A stretch of 62,906 nt of DNA, the filler included, from Asterionella formosa (taxonomy: Eukaryota), in assembly GCA_002256025.1 (NCBI GenBank). It is 17 parts of 17 records of this genome, joined end to end, with 100 filler letters (N's around TTAATTAATTAA, not from the genome) between each part and the next. Parts side by side here need not be neighbours in the genome. Positions count along the whole stretch, not along the records: positions 21,082 to 42,042 come from NKIB01003175.1; 16 more parts are not named here. One strand, written 5' to 3'. Shown here piece after piece: positions 23,752 to 37,750 of the stretch. Position 1 is the stretch's first letter, and every line of letters begins with the position of its first letter. Made by a program: the position numbers and the translations under genes. The notes beneath the pieces are model-generated. The model was given only the letters and a program-made list of their open reading frames with translations. It had not been told where the DNA came from and searched no databases.

Positions 23752-25572
23752 GTTGCTGCATGAATAAACCCACCAGTAGTAGCTACCTGCATATGTGAGA
23801 ATATTTTTCATAAACCCGGCATGTGATGATACTTTACAGGGAACAGTAATATACGGAAATAAAAATGAATAAGTAGAATCTGTACACATAAAATATTTGG
23901 GAGTGTTGTGCCAGATGTAAAAGGGGGTACAAGACTTTGAGGGGATACGAGACACCGGGTTTTACGGTACATAGACTCAGTATTATTTTGACGAGACCAG
24001 AATGTTAATTTATATCTTTCACATATTGATTGAGTTTACTTACATACCGCATGCCCGATTTCGTCCTCACAATTATAATTCTCACTCTATCCTTCCTGCC
24101 TGCCGTTGCTCAATTCGGGCTTGCAACAGGAACTTTCGACTTTATTATGCGCCCATTGTCTGCTTCGTGTTACGCTTGTTAGAGCGGTATGATGAGTACA
24201 ACTGTCAAACACTGAATGTGATCGTAGATACGAGTGTCGAATTTTCGATTTGACTGCTTCCAGATTCCATTTTGATTGCTTCTATCGTTCTTTGTCGTTC
24301 CGCGCTGTCAATTTGATTCGATTGTAACTATCTTCAATAGGGCTGATGTATGTATCAATGCCTACTCTTTGAAGATGTATTGTGCCATTGTTGATCTTAT
24401 TTGTTGATTTGTATACTAGTCGTTGACCATGATGTCAATATTGCCGCCAAGCAATGCTTTTCTTGTACTAACGCGCTTTGCTACCTTTCTACTACGAGTT
24501 TGTATCACAAGCTATGTAAAATTACTCAGCTAGAGAGAGTAAATAGTGCTGGAGCAGCATGGCGATCACACTTGCTCAGAATGGAATGATCAGGGTTGTT
24601 TGGTGGGGGGAATGACTGTGGCGGAAAGACTGCTACGACTACTGGTGTCAGGCTACTACAGCGATGTGAATGGTTGCAGCAACCAGATCATCTACACTAC
24701 ATAACGATGCAGGTCTAAATTGGTTTCCGCTTTTTTCTTCTTATTTCGGTCTTTGATTCTTGTGTGGTAATGGAAAGTCAATGTTGCCTGTGTAAGTATT
24801 ACGATGTCACAATGCATACGTCTCCATTGAAACTCCTATTTTTAACTTCATTTCTAGCCCAAAACAATTTTTTCTTTTTCTTATGTGATGCTACTTGCTT
24901 ATTACATCGCATTTCATACTTTGGTTGCTCCAAACATCATGTTCAATTTTCATTGATGTTGCATGTTATGTATTTTACCATTATTCTGGCTGTCATGCTC
25001 AAATCGGCAATTTTAATGCCGAAAAATTCGATGTGACCCATATTGCTTCTAAATAAAAATTACTGAAGAAATCACTTAAAGCCTAAAAATTACTTAGAAG
25101 TACCCAAATGGCAAGCCGATACCTGGAGCGGGAAGTGCCTATGTAGTTAAGAGCCTACTCGGGAGGAGTCTGCCTACATACAGAGATAAAATTATAATGT
25201 GTTCAAAGTAAGCGTTAAAGTTTAGCTTAAACCATGCATGGTTGTTTTCAGTACCACGTACATATGTAGGCTAGATGACTTCATCCGACGAAATATGGAC
25301 AGTGCAACTACATGAATCCCTCGAGAAGACAAGAAATCCAACAACCAACTGCATCCATCAGACGACGAATTGCTGCTGGCGTCATCGCGGAAACGATTTC
25401 GCTTCAAATCGGTCATGATGGACGACGATTGGCATGGTGAAAGGTGAATTGCCGGAGTTCACTTTTCAGGAAAAGAACAAAAACGAGGTGAATTCTAGAT
25501 ATAAATTATTAAAATCTGTATAGTATATAAAATGGTTTCCTTAAGTAGATCCCTTGCCGATTTTGGCAATCC

Positions 25573-26790
25573 CAGGGCTGGAAAACCGAGGGGCAATTGG
25601 CGTCTATTGTCTTGCCAAAATGCCAACACATGAAATATACAAAATATATTTTAAGGATGGGCAATATCGGACCTTTGGCAATTTTCGTTCTTGTGAAGAT
25701 AGGAAATAAACGTAATATACTTTATATGATGGGCAATAGCTAGTAAGCTAAAATTGGAATTTATAATTTATTTGTGGGCAGTAGGTAAGCGAATGACACG
25801 ACGATAGATAGAGCAGGAATTGGCTCAACAATACCCTTCTTGGTGGCTAATTGCTTTCTCGTATACATGTGTACTCGCAAGCAAGAGACCACCTCGGGCG
25901 TGTATTGCCTTCAGCAATTCACAAACTATCTACCGGTATCGGCGCGCTTTTCGCCTCTAGTCTATATTGCCCTTTCAGATAACATTGAAAACCTATTTTA
26001 AATAGTTTGTATGAGGGATGCAAAATAGCCAATTGTCCTTCGTATAATACACATATATTATATTTCAATTGTAGAGTTTTTGGATTACACAATCCTGCAA
26101 TTGCCCTTCATGTATAGCATATTTCGAATATTTTCTGTGCTCAGTATCTCGACTGCCAAACTAGCTACCTTCAATAGTGGAATAATAAAATTTTAGAGGA
26201 CGCGTTAAGGAAGCTCGACTAGTGTGGAGATTTGGGGGTCGCACTAGGGCGCATAGTGCCCCTCGCTCGGGTATGAAGGGAGATCCAATAATATCAGTTG
26301 GTCGGCGGGATTTTGTGCGTCGAACTAAGAATTGGGTAATGGTGCCTTGACGGCGCTTATCGCGTGCAATCTGGCCTTTCAGTGGGGTTAGACCAGCTTT
26401 ATACATGGACAGCCAGGCTTCCATGGTTACTGGCGAGAGTAGGAGCCGCCGGCTAAGGGGAAGACCAAAGAGATGGCCCCGTTCATCATAGGGAACTGAG
26501 GTACGATTGCTGTATGCAAGAGTTATATTGGTAGTTAGAGTGTGAAGCAAACTACCTTCAATATTTTCTATAGCCCCTAGATTTTATTGCCGAAATTAAC
26601 TGCTGTTTATTTAAGGGAATTTGATTATTGATATCTATAGGCCCTCAATGCCCCTCAATTGACTGCCGTTTACTAAAGGAAAATCGACTGCCGAAATTGG
26701 AAGAGAGTTTATGAACCACGTGAAGGCATGAAATGATGATTTTCTGTAAAGTGTCGTCAATGGGCGGCAATTCCGCTATTTACATCCCTG
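25573..26790. mobile_element. Possible non-autonomous hAT-like element with GGGCAA/TTGCC subterminal repeats
   Basis: Ends cagggctggaaa / tttacatccctg and many (G)GGCAA(T)/(A)TTGCC motifs; no 8-bp TSD recovered. Confidence 0.4.
26177..26551 (-). mobile_element. Short 5'-truncated LINE 3' fragment with a 12-bp TSD
   Basis: ctaccttcaata at 26165-26176 and 26552-26563; GC-richer insert coding HLFGLPLSRRLL..EAWL..QGTITQF, resembling an Ambal-type ORF C-terminus; AT-rich tail. Confidence 0.65.
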
Positions 26791-28180
26791 CTATTTTCCC
26801 GCATGCTCTGATGTATACAAACTCTGTTCATTGATGACTCAAGTGACAATTCATCATATAACAGATGCGGCTGGTTGTTGAATGATTCGACTACTGGTGG
26901 GATTCATATTGTTGCATCATATTTGCTTCTTCATGGTGGCGCCAAAATTTCTTTTCCCCTTTTTGATGATTTCCGATAACCTTTCCGACCAACTCCTGCT
27001 CTAGATTTGATGTGTAGTGACAAATAAATTAATGATTGTTTCAAATTGACCTCAATTAGTCATTGGGTATCAAAACTCAAAACGTTATGGTAGGTCAAAG
27101 TTAGGCTTCCATCTTGTCATTGAACCAGTGTTTTCGTCAGATATGACCAGCCGTTAAATTTTCATTGGTATCTTGTTCTTGAATTCACTGTTGAAAAATG
27201 TCTGGATCTTTTTTACCATCAATAGAGCGACAAGTGGCTCTCTTCATTGTTGTCTGCTCCTGGAAAAGTGGGTGTCCCTGCCATCATCAATAGAGGGAGA
27301 AGTGTCCTTCATCATTGTGGTTTGCCGCTCGAAAAACTGGTACCCATATCCTCGTCATTCGCTCGTTGGAACTGTCCGTTCCCTCAAACCTGCTTAGCGT
27401 GTGTGTAGTATGTGCACTGTCGACTTGTGTACATTACAGCAGTGACTTGCTTAGCTACTAAAGTGCGTGTTATAATATTATACTCCATAGTACGATGCAG
27501 AATACAGTTCCCAATCAACATTGAATGATTGATAAGATGATAATGTGATATCACGATAGGGTTACTTCGATGCAGCATACATCACCAAAATTTGATACGT
27601 AATATTGAATAAAGTATATCACATACCTATGATATATTGATCATGGAACCATGATGATGTAATAAAATGTTTATGATATATTTTTAATCAAAATATGATC
27701 ATGTAAAAATAATACAATGATAATAAAATACGATAAAATATGTACGCAAGTGTTATCAATACATCATAGAAGAAAGATTGATCAATCATAAAAAATATTA
27801 GTGAATATATATATTCGACTTTAAATGTATACAGTAAAAGCAAATAATTGATCTAATAGTAATATATAGTGAATAGGATCTAAGTAAATGGATGCGTTGA
27901 TATGTACATCACCATAACATGATTTGTGGTCAGGGTTGATGCATATCACATACCGGTATCCTCCACAACCAGCCATCACGTTCATTGTCTTGTTGTTTTT
28001 CCTTGTTATATATGTATTGTGTAAACATTAGCTACGTTGGCGCAACATGCATATTACACTGTGCTCTGTTCAGCAATTACTACACTCGGTTGCCATCACA
28101 CTAGTTGCACCTCCACAAGCGCCGCGTTTCCCTTCCACTGTTTTACATCATAGTCTTCTGGCCCTTTAACAATTTTCCAA

Positions 28181-30363
28181 ATGGCATTTCATGGTTTTAA
28201 TGGATTTCATGGAAAGGATCAGTCAAACAAGAAACGTGACTTACTTCCGTCGTTTACACTACACGACTTTATGTTTTCGGAAACGAAGATGAAGAAACTT
28301 ATGAAATCAATCGAAGATTCATTTGAATACACTCAAAGATCAGATGAATTTGAACAGATTCATAATACACCGGAAAAATAATGAAGTATGACGATTCAAT
28401 AGTGGCAGAGATTGAAAAGAAGGAAAGATTGCTTTCGAAGAGGAAACCCAAACAGTTGGTCTTCGTGGATGAAGACTCTATTCCTACAGAGTCACAGTTC
28501 TATCCAGTGTCTTATTTTGCTTGTTCTCCTGACATAGCTGATAATGAATAAGAATTCATTGATTCTCATTCATTTGATGAACAAGTTCATGCGATGAATG
28601 AAAATACCGACGGAAATGTGGCAGACATCACTTCCGAAATGGAAATGGTTGAAAGTTGCAAAACCAAGAAACATATCTCACTATCCGTCCAGAACATCCA
28701 GATGAACATCATAAAAGCAGAGAAACTATTGCATTTCAAAAAGTAAAGCAATATATTCAAGAAAAAGTCTGCGCTAGATCAAGACCTCGAATTCAAGAAG
28801 ATCAATGCAAACAGAGATGTGATGCTGGCTAAGGCAGTTGATGCACTGAGTCTGAAAAGAAGTCAGAAGAACAAAATTGAATCTTTTTCCAAATCATACA
28901 TGGTGGAAGAAAAAGAATTTCTTTGTAAAATCATCAAGAACAAACCCGAAGGCAGCTACTTTTGTGAAGAGTCGCTTGGCATGTGAAATGTGTAGAGTTA
29001 TTATGCCAAAGCAAACGGCATTTTCCTTGAGTTTGCCGAAATCGCATGGACAACTAAAATTGTGGAAAGATTTGTGCACATGTACCCCACAAGAAATATG
29101 CAATTACGCCTCTGTATTTTATGGAGTCAAAGGTATCAAAAAATCATCTTCAGATTTTAAAGATCTTGCATATTGGGACCTTGAAACAATTACCTCTATG
29201 ATCCATTATACAATTCATGAACTTCATCCAAGTGATGTAAAGGTTATACTATATTTGATCTGGATGAGAACCCAGAAAATGGTAATGACAAACCATATAT
29301 ATACCAAGGTGATTGTCATCCACTTCATCATGACAGTAACTATGTGCTAATCGTGTATTGCAAAAGATCAGATGAGGAGGAAAACAATCATTTTGTGCAT
29401 TATGTTTTTGCTATAAATGATGGATTATATCAAGTCCTTAACCCAGGAAAAGATTCAAGTGGCTGTGGATGAACATTATGATCAAGTATTTCACCTTGCC
29501 CGTAAGTACTGCATCATCCCTGGATGCAGAAAGGAGTTGGAATTGTTATGCACCGATACAGGATATCTTCCATAAGCATCCCATATACCTGAAGAAATTG
29601 GTTTATCGGAATCTTTCTATACTGGCACCAAAGCACCATTGCAGATCATTACGGCCACTGAACATAATTCCATGTTATTTCAACCAGAAGACGACAGTGG
29701 ATGGCCATATGGACCTTTTACAATTGTGAAAGTGTTGGAAACTCTATTGCAATTAGAAAGGAATGGCAAAACCAAATTTCTTGGCAACCAGGCACAATTC
29801 CGTTTGGAGACGGGGTCCTGGAAAGTTTTAAAACGTCAGGCGGTAGCAACAGATCGAACAGATGATTTATTATCTGTTACATCTGACCCACCAACCAAGT
29901 CAACATACTTTCATCTTGGAAGAGTTTGGCCTCAAGTGACAACGACAAATTCTCGTGAGGATATGTTTCAGTTGGAAATAACTGTTCTTCAATTTTGTAT
30001 AGACAAAATTTTGACATCCTATTTAGATTTAAAAATGTTGAACGAAGTATTTGGACGATTTCCTTGCAATTCTTCTTTCAAGAAAGATGATGTTGTCTAT
30101 GTAAAATCCATTATCCAACAAAGGAATGAAAAACTTGCTCCCTTCAAATGGTATAATCATGCACCTCTTGGCCACATTTCTGGATGCATCAAAATTGACA
30201 AAAAGTTGAAATTTGTTTTGTAAATGATGATAGCCCTTCTGGAATCAAATTGAAAAAGTTTACAGAATCACATCGAGCTGCCGTTGAAAAGTGGAGAAGC
30301 AAAATTCCGGACGAAACGAGAAGGACCATCTTAGGTTCTTTGGGAGTGAAAAAGAACAAATAA
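28181..30363 (+). pseudogene. ORF2 of the Plavaka-like element (~700 codons, disrupted), with Ulp1/C48-protease-like motifs
   Basis: Frameshifted ORF shared with 16631-18931 (minus); motifs WDLETI, PLHHDSNYVLIV and FQPEDDSGWPYGPF. Confidence 0.6.
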
Positions 30364-30675
30364 TGGACCATTGGATAATCATTTCTTAGGAAATTGTAGT
30401 TTGTGAAAATCTTCTAATAACTTATCTAGTATGTGAAACTATATTGTTACCATTATCATTTATATTATTCTTATATATTTATCAACGTTCGCTTGTTAAT
30501 TTTTGGTTCCACCCGATTGATTTCCCTAAATGACGTGGAGGCATGGCAACATAAAAATTATCTTTCCGTATCTGTTCCAAAACTTCTTGCGGTTTCAGAG
30601 ATTTCCTTCAAACCAGGTACAACAAATGCTGCCGAAATTATGTTATGAAATTCAACAACGCTCAATTCAGTTGTA

Positions 30676-33600
30676 TCATTGCATAAGGTTATCATGGCAT
30701 AAGGTGTCGCCTCTTGCTAAAAACATACGTTTATGAATTTTCATTTCAGTTGAACTTTTCAAGGAACGAATACACGCTAAGAGAATGGTTGTTGCGTTGG
30801 AGAAAATAACATTTCCCCAAAGAAGTAGTTTTGCCGGAACTGTGTAGGAACTTGATCCATCTCCCTTTTCCCAGTTCACTTCGACCCAATCAAACCATTC
30901 ACGACCAGAGATTCCTGCATTTGAATCATTATTCCATTTCGGATGGCATCTGAAAATAGTAGTTTGGCCAGGAACGTTACTTTCAATTTTAACATGATAA
31001 TAAAAGTCAATCCTTACAATGGAAACAGGCCCAATCCCATCTTCAAGACTTTTAATTCTTGCTATTTCTATTGCTGAATTCGCAATGCTCTTTACGTAAT
31101 TGGCACCCATTGTTCGGTAAATCAGGATGAACTAATTGAGACAAGGGTGCATCCTTACTCCGTGATACATGCCCAATCTTATTAGGGACACCTGCTATAG
31201 TCCATTGACCATTTGATGATGAAGCAGAGAATTGAACTTTAACAGGAAGGGATGGTGAATGGATCTTGGTAGGCGAGATTCCCAAATTATCAGGCGAGGT
31301 ACTAGTACTAGCCAACATCCTTGTATCCGGAATCATTCCTTCGAAATTAATTTCTGTTGAAATACCCTCATTTACATTGATATGTACTTCACTAATCTTC
31401 TTCTGTTTGTTTTCTATATGAAATGAATCACTTACAAAAACAATTTTTCGTGCCAAGGCAAACTGCCATGTTTCATATGACCTTGTTAAAATGTCATGCA
31501 TTAATCGATGTAATTGTCCATTGACACGCTTACTGGGTCATTTCAATTTGTCTTTCAAAAATGACTCCGAATATCCACCAAAGAAATTAAGAGGAGATCC
31601 GAACTTCCTAATCAGATGAGGGTAATGTTTCATTCCATGAAATTTTGCCATTTGTAAGCCAATTTGAGATATCATTTCCCGTTGGGGACCAATCATAATC
31701 TTAGTAACTGACATCAATCTCTTAACCCGCCTTTCCTATAAAATATCAATACATGTTGATGTATACTGCGGTATGAATAAAGTGTCATTGATAGATTTAC
31801 ATAACCAAAACAGCAATGTGAAATCCTTTTCTAGGTGCTGCACATTCTCTGAACCCATCATTCCACCCATTGAAAAAATAGTTAGTAACAGACATAATCC
31901 GGGAATTTCTTGCCATGACATTCCAGATCTGTATGACGATTTTGTATCGCTTTGCCTTTCCAAATGACTATTGATATATCTAGCACTTTGTTCGAAGTAA
32001 AGTTTCGAAAATAGCTACATTTCTGGTGCTGGTACAAGTGTTGGGTCTTGATTTTTGCCAGTGTAGATATTTTTGGTAACTGGTGCGCGTGTCCTTTTTG
32101 GTCTTTGCCCGTTTCTTCGGTTGCTCTTGATCAAGAAAAGCAATGTCCGTCGTTTCAGTGCTACGTTTCTGATCAGAGATGTTCTCTGGAATATCTGGAG
32201 ATTTTCTTTGTTAAAAAAAACATGTCCATTCTTCAGGGATAGTCCGATAATTTTACAATGATTCCAAAATGTACTTAAATAGCTATTCTAAGTAGTAATT
32301 GATGAAGAACCTCAAATGGATATCGGGATTATCAGCATCCTCAGTTGAAACCAGGCAATCACGACAAACATATCGTCGATATAATCCATTACCACCCCTG
32401 AAGCCACAAATTTTATTGTGTTCTTCTGTATCACCAATGATCATTCCAATCTGGAAATAAACTTTTGTCATATCAAGACCATGAACCCAAATATCGTATG
32501 ACTTGTTTGGATCTTCGAAAGGCGACAATAGAAATCCTGTAGCAGAATGGTATAACTTGAGTCTACATAACAAGGACAAGTCGTCACCAGATAACTTATT
32601 ATTCATTTATTTCTCCAGATCACTGACTTCAATGTCTGGCAAAAGAGATACCAATTGCCATCCATCAACTTTTTTCTTCCTTCTAACGTTAAGTTTAACA
32701 TTGTCAACAAAAACGGATGCTCGGAATGTTTCATTTGTTTATCAATAGGTGAACCATCACTGAAAACAGCTAGGGCAACAAATAAACACCCTGTCTTCAA
32801 CACTCCATTTTCTGATGCAGGAGAATCACTGAACGCATTTTCAAACCAAGCCGCAGAAGTTACTTCGTCATATATGCGTTCTCCACAAGTTGTAAGTTTT
32901 ACTTGTGGGCGACATAACAAAATGTTGCATGATATCGGAATCGCGTAGCAATGCTGCCATGAGCTGTATTGGTTCGAAATAATGGAGTGTGCATGGGATG
33001 ACCATGTTTGAATTGTTATCAATCTCTATTTGTTTGGTCAACAGTTGTCCACCAGTTAATGTTGGTGGAAATGAAACATCCATGCATTTCTTCAAAGTCT
33101 GGTAGGATGGACCGAGCTTGATACCTTTCATCAAAATATTTCATTGCTTTTGCCTTGAACAGCCATTTCATTAGATGATCAAAGTAAACTGGTGGAAGAT
33201 AATTCTCGTTGAGGAATAACATGAGTTCTAATTCAAGTGGATGCATGTTTAGAGAATGTTTACTTGGAAGATGAAATTGAGGAGGAAGGGGCATTTCCAT
33301 TGCATTTTCAGGGAGAAAGCCTGTGCGATCTTGGAAATCTGAATATTGCATGGTCTCTAAATTCAATCCTTCGAGAGTTTTTAGTCTCAATTGTTCGTCT
33401 TGTTGTGACTGAATGAATCGTCGCTGTCATCATGAAATGGATGATTGTGGCCACTTGATTCAAGGATAGGACACATAATCTCTTCTTGTTGTCTACTCTC
33501 CCTAAATGCTGCAGCAGTTACACTGCCATTAACTTCTTTCCTTGAATGATTCGATGCACTACCGCAATACACAGTTTCATTATGTATTCCAGGAACTCGA

Positions 33601-33758
33601 TGTTCTTGCATGCAATGTCGACAGTGACCATATACATAAAAAACACGGTTGCTACAATTTCGATTGTGAGACTCAGATGGGGATTTGTTCTTCCGAAACT
33701 TGTATTTACACAGAGAACACCATCGCAATGTCCGCAAAGACATTGCAAAGAATTTCAA
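30676..33758 (-). pseudogene. Plavaka-like (CMC/EnSpm-related) transposase, disrupted
   Basis: ALAVFSDGSPID, HPFLLTMLNL, LKLYH, IIGDTEEHNKICG..CRDC..ADNP, RQSD, KFHGMKHYPHLIRKFGSPLNFFGGYSE, C-terminal FRCHP..WFDWVEVNW..VPAKLL; Cys/His-rich N-terminus. Confidence 0.8.
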
Positions 33759-34170
33759 ATGATGACCAAGTCAGGATATGAACAGGATAGAATGAAAATG
33801 AATTAATAATAATAAATTTGGCATCACTCCGAAAATGCTGCTGTGCTGGCTGGACAATACAGAGTCGTGAAATTATCACTCCATCATAGTAGTAAAAATG
33901 GAGGAATACCACTACATATAGTACAGGCGGCACTACTAGTACAGAGCAATATCATATATGTTTTGAAAACATATATGATATGGTTTGCATTGTAGAAGTC
34001 TCACTAACTATATTTATTTTGTAACTAAGTATGCATTGGATTCTATTAGATTCATTCAAAATCAACGTCGTCATCAATGTCCCGTTGATTAATGTGGTCA
34101 TTGTAATCAATATTCTTCTCAGGAACATTTGGTTGAAGTGGTTCAACATATTGATGCATATCCTCTTCAC

Positions 34171-35580
34171 TTACATTGGGAAATGAGAAGTATGAGTGTG
34201 GGTAGATGATATTTGTGGTGGAAGTAGCAATTCCACAATTTCACTTGGATTCCTTTCATATTCAGATCCAGTGTAGATTTCCTTATAATAAACGAGTAAA
34301 TCATCAGTCCATTGATCAGTAAGACCATTTGAAACTGAACTTTCTTTCCTCACATTTTTTTTGATAAGTGCTTTCCCACCAATGTCGACAAAATCAGTAG
34401 AATGACGAATTTCGTTCTCTGAAATTTCATGGGTAGTATCTGGATTGAAACCCAAATATTTTTGTTGCAATCGGAATTTTGGTTCCTTTCAGGAAGCAAA
34501 ATGCTTCTGTACTGGCCTTGATCATCAAACCAACAAAACCTGATTGCAATTCACGCTGTGCCCGAACAATGAGTTGAAATTTGGTCACACCAGATTTGCC
34601 TCCTGTTAAAAATGGTTCTCCATGGCTTGTCCTACCTATAAAATTCACTGGAGCAAGAACATCACGCCAGACTTGGTATCCTTGGCTTCCCCTGTCAATG
34701 TGCTTTGACTGCGCAAAACGATAAAGCGTCAACGCCCACGCAATATAGTCGTCAATATCCATAGTCTGGAAGTTATATTCTGTTAGACCAGCTGGTGTGT
34801 CACGAATTATGTTAGCATTTTTAGATTCAAACATATTTGATAAGAATATAATCACCAAATCAAAACATCATGCTTTCAGAGCATCTCCCGCCCTGCAAGA
34901 ACTTACCTAAGATTCCTTTAAATTGATTATTCAATACATTCTGATATACGTTCTCTCAACTTTTTAATGCACATGCCACCAAATGTTGATTTGATGTAAT
35001 CTAAACGTGCCTTGTTGGTACGTTCAATGGTCTGATTCATTGGAAGTAGTGTATCAGAACCATTCCATTTGAAATCGGCAAGCTCTCTGGGTCACTCTCC
35101 ACTTCTTTGCCTAACTCCGGTTTCACTGTGTATAGCCGAGTTAGGCAATATTCGGCAAACCAATCCTGTTTGTGATTGGAAATGCCTTTCATACTACTTC
35201 GACCAGATAGACAGGGCGGGATGTTTGATTCTCTTTTGGGACCAGAAAAAAGAACATTTGATTGATATTCTTTTTTACAGTACCTGCAATTCACGAAGTA
35301 TAACATCAAACTTACATGTTCACAGCAAAACTTCTTGGTCTTGAAAATAAAAGCAACTCACAACCTTTGTGACAATTGATGGTTCAATTTTAGCTAAGCG
35401 GGAACGACGTTCTGATAAGCAAGTCTGCTGAAATAGAAGATTCTTGATAACCTCGTATGGACGAGTTTTGAACCGAATTACGATCTTTCTAGTGATTGAG
35501 TTTATTGACCAATTGATAATATCCTTTGGCAAGTGCAAAATGTTTTTCCCTCAGTTTGTCATGTACTTGTTGGTCCATGC
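34171..35580 (-). pseudogene. Disrupted ORF of unknown function upstream of the Plavaka-like transposase
   Basis: Chain of same-strand ORF fragments (35320-35538, 35037-35309, 34427-34858, 34171-34470) with protein-like composition. Confidence 0.4.
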
Positions 35581-35614
35581 GATTAGAAAATTTATGATTA
35601 ATAGCATATCTTGC

Positions 35615-35844
35615 TTTCAATTTTACGATCATACAATCCTGAAACTATGATGCTTTACTGTCCCGCTGCAGTAGCAACCGTCCTGAACATATGGTGTTCT
35701 GTTCCTCGCTTACTAATCCGACTACCCCCTTTCAATTTTACGATCATACAATCCTGAAAATATGATAATTTACTGTCCCACTGCAGTAGCAACGACGGTC
35801 CTGAACATATGGTGTTCTGTTGCTCGCTTACTACTCCGACTACC
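35615..35844 (+). repeat. Tandem duplication of ~115 bp
   Basis: tttcaattttacgatcatacaatcctgaaa...ccgactacc occurs twice in succession. Confidence 0.9.
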
Positions 35845-37750
35845 GTCAGTATATCACTTCCTACCTGCTACTGGTACTCTGTATATGAATGACAATATGT
35901 TATGATCATATGATGTACACATGAAGAACTCCCGCCCAAAAAAGGGCTTAAACAATTTGCTACCAAAATCCTTGCATATAAATTATGATACAAATGGGTT
36001 ATGACTTACACCAACAATTGAATGGTCTGAATATTTAGTTCCAACGGACATAGAAAATATTGATGGAAACAAATTTCAGGAACAGAACCGGTACACGACG
36101 TCGTGGAAAACAATGGACATATGGTGCATTGAATATTTTCGAATTATCTATATGCAAATATGATCATCTCAACAATGTCATACTGGTTTCTTCTCTCCTG
36201 TAAACTCTTAATTGAATGATTATGAACAAAGGTTCACTGCACATGACGATTACTCGAATATATAAAGATCACTTGACCAACAAATTGATGACGTTATCGC
36301 AAACATTCATTCCGCTTGTCATCGCTAGTATTTCGTTGTTGTTGCAAAAATCGGAGTGATGAGGGGCGGATGGAAAGGACGAGCCAAATTACATTACTTG
36401 AACTGGTACATTATGCTACCAAGAAATTCGAATACAGGAATCAAATAGAAACAATACATATAATAATTAAATATATGTAGTCAAAAGGGTTACTATTTAA
36501 ATTACAAAGGCATTTATCAAAATTATTAGATGATATAACGAAAAATTATGATCAGATGATCACAATCCTATGATGCATCATGGAAATATGATAGTTTTTA
36601 TTTGCAGACAATACTAGCTACCAGATGTGCCATATTGAGAGTGCCTTTGAATTTTATAATTGTACAACACTTGATATATTTATATATTTACAAACTTTAT
36701 AACTATATACATGGCAAATATATTTGAAATCGTTCTGTGATGTTAACAAACAATGCCTGCTTCGTGAAAAGAAATATCAAAGTAAAGAATATAACAAGGA
36801 AAGTTTACGCAATAACGAAAAACATTGTGGCTTCGACACATTGCGCCTTCGAAGGATGGAGTATGTTTAAGCTAATGAAGCCATCAATGTGGTACATGGA
36901 TGACAATCATTGGGAGGACAACAACAAATTGTAAACTAAACGCAAGTTTCCTTCTTCTCAGTTGATTCAATATTCAAAAGCTCATTTCGCTTGTTGGGGA
37001 GCACCAATGTAAAACAAAAGAAAATTGGTAAGTGCTCTTGTCTTTGGACCTATTCACTTCTGTTGGAACATAACTGACGGACACATTTACCCTCTCTCAA
37101 AGTTAAGCTAACGAAAATGAATCGGTAAGTTTTATTCGACAAAATTTGATACCTGAAACTTACTAAACTTACTTTTTCAAGAATTTACTATTACAGACTT
37201 ATGCATCAGTTGCTTTGATTTGTGGTAAGTGAAGCAAGAGGATACGATGGAATTGCGTGTCGTTGTGTCAATGTAAAATCACTAGCTAACAAATCATTCC
37301 TTCTTATTGTTACTGTAACTGGATAGGAAAATAAAACAGATCAAATAACGGAATAGTCGGCGAATTCAGAGTGACACTAACAGCAGGGAAAGAGACGCAA
37401 CATTAGTAGGCACTGCCTGACACATGATTCAGAATAGAGGAAGGAAAAGGCGAGACAGGAACAATATACATTGAACCGATTTGAGAGGAGAGAAACATTC
37501 CTTGGGTAGCTGTCGAAACAGAAATATCATTGATAAATTATGATCCATTCCAATCCTTTTTGAACAATGCTTGTGATTAGAATTATGATCATGTTTAAGA
37601 TAGATATACGATGAAACAATTCACATGATAGCATAGAGTTGAGCTGATTTTAGGTTATAATTTACATTTGGCGATCACGAGAAGTGAAAATAATATAAGA
37701 AGGTTTAGGATGTTGATGAGAAATGTTGTTGATCAGTTAATATACATTGT

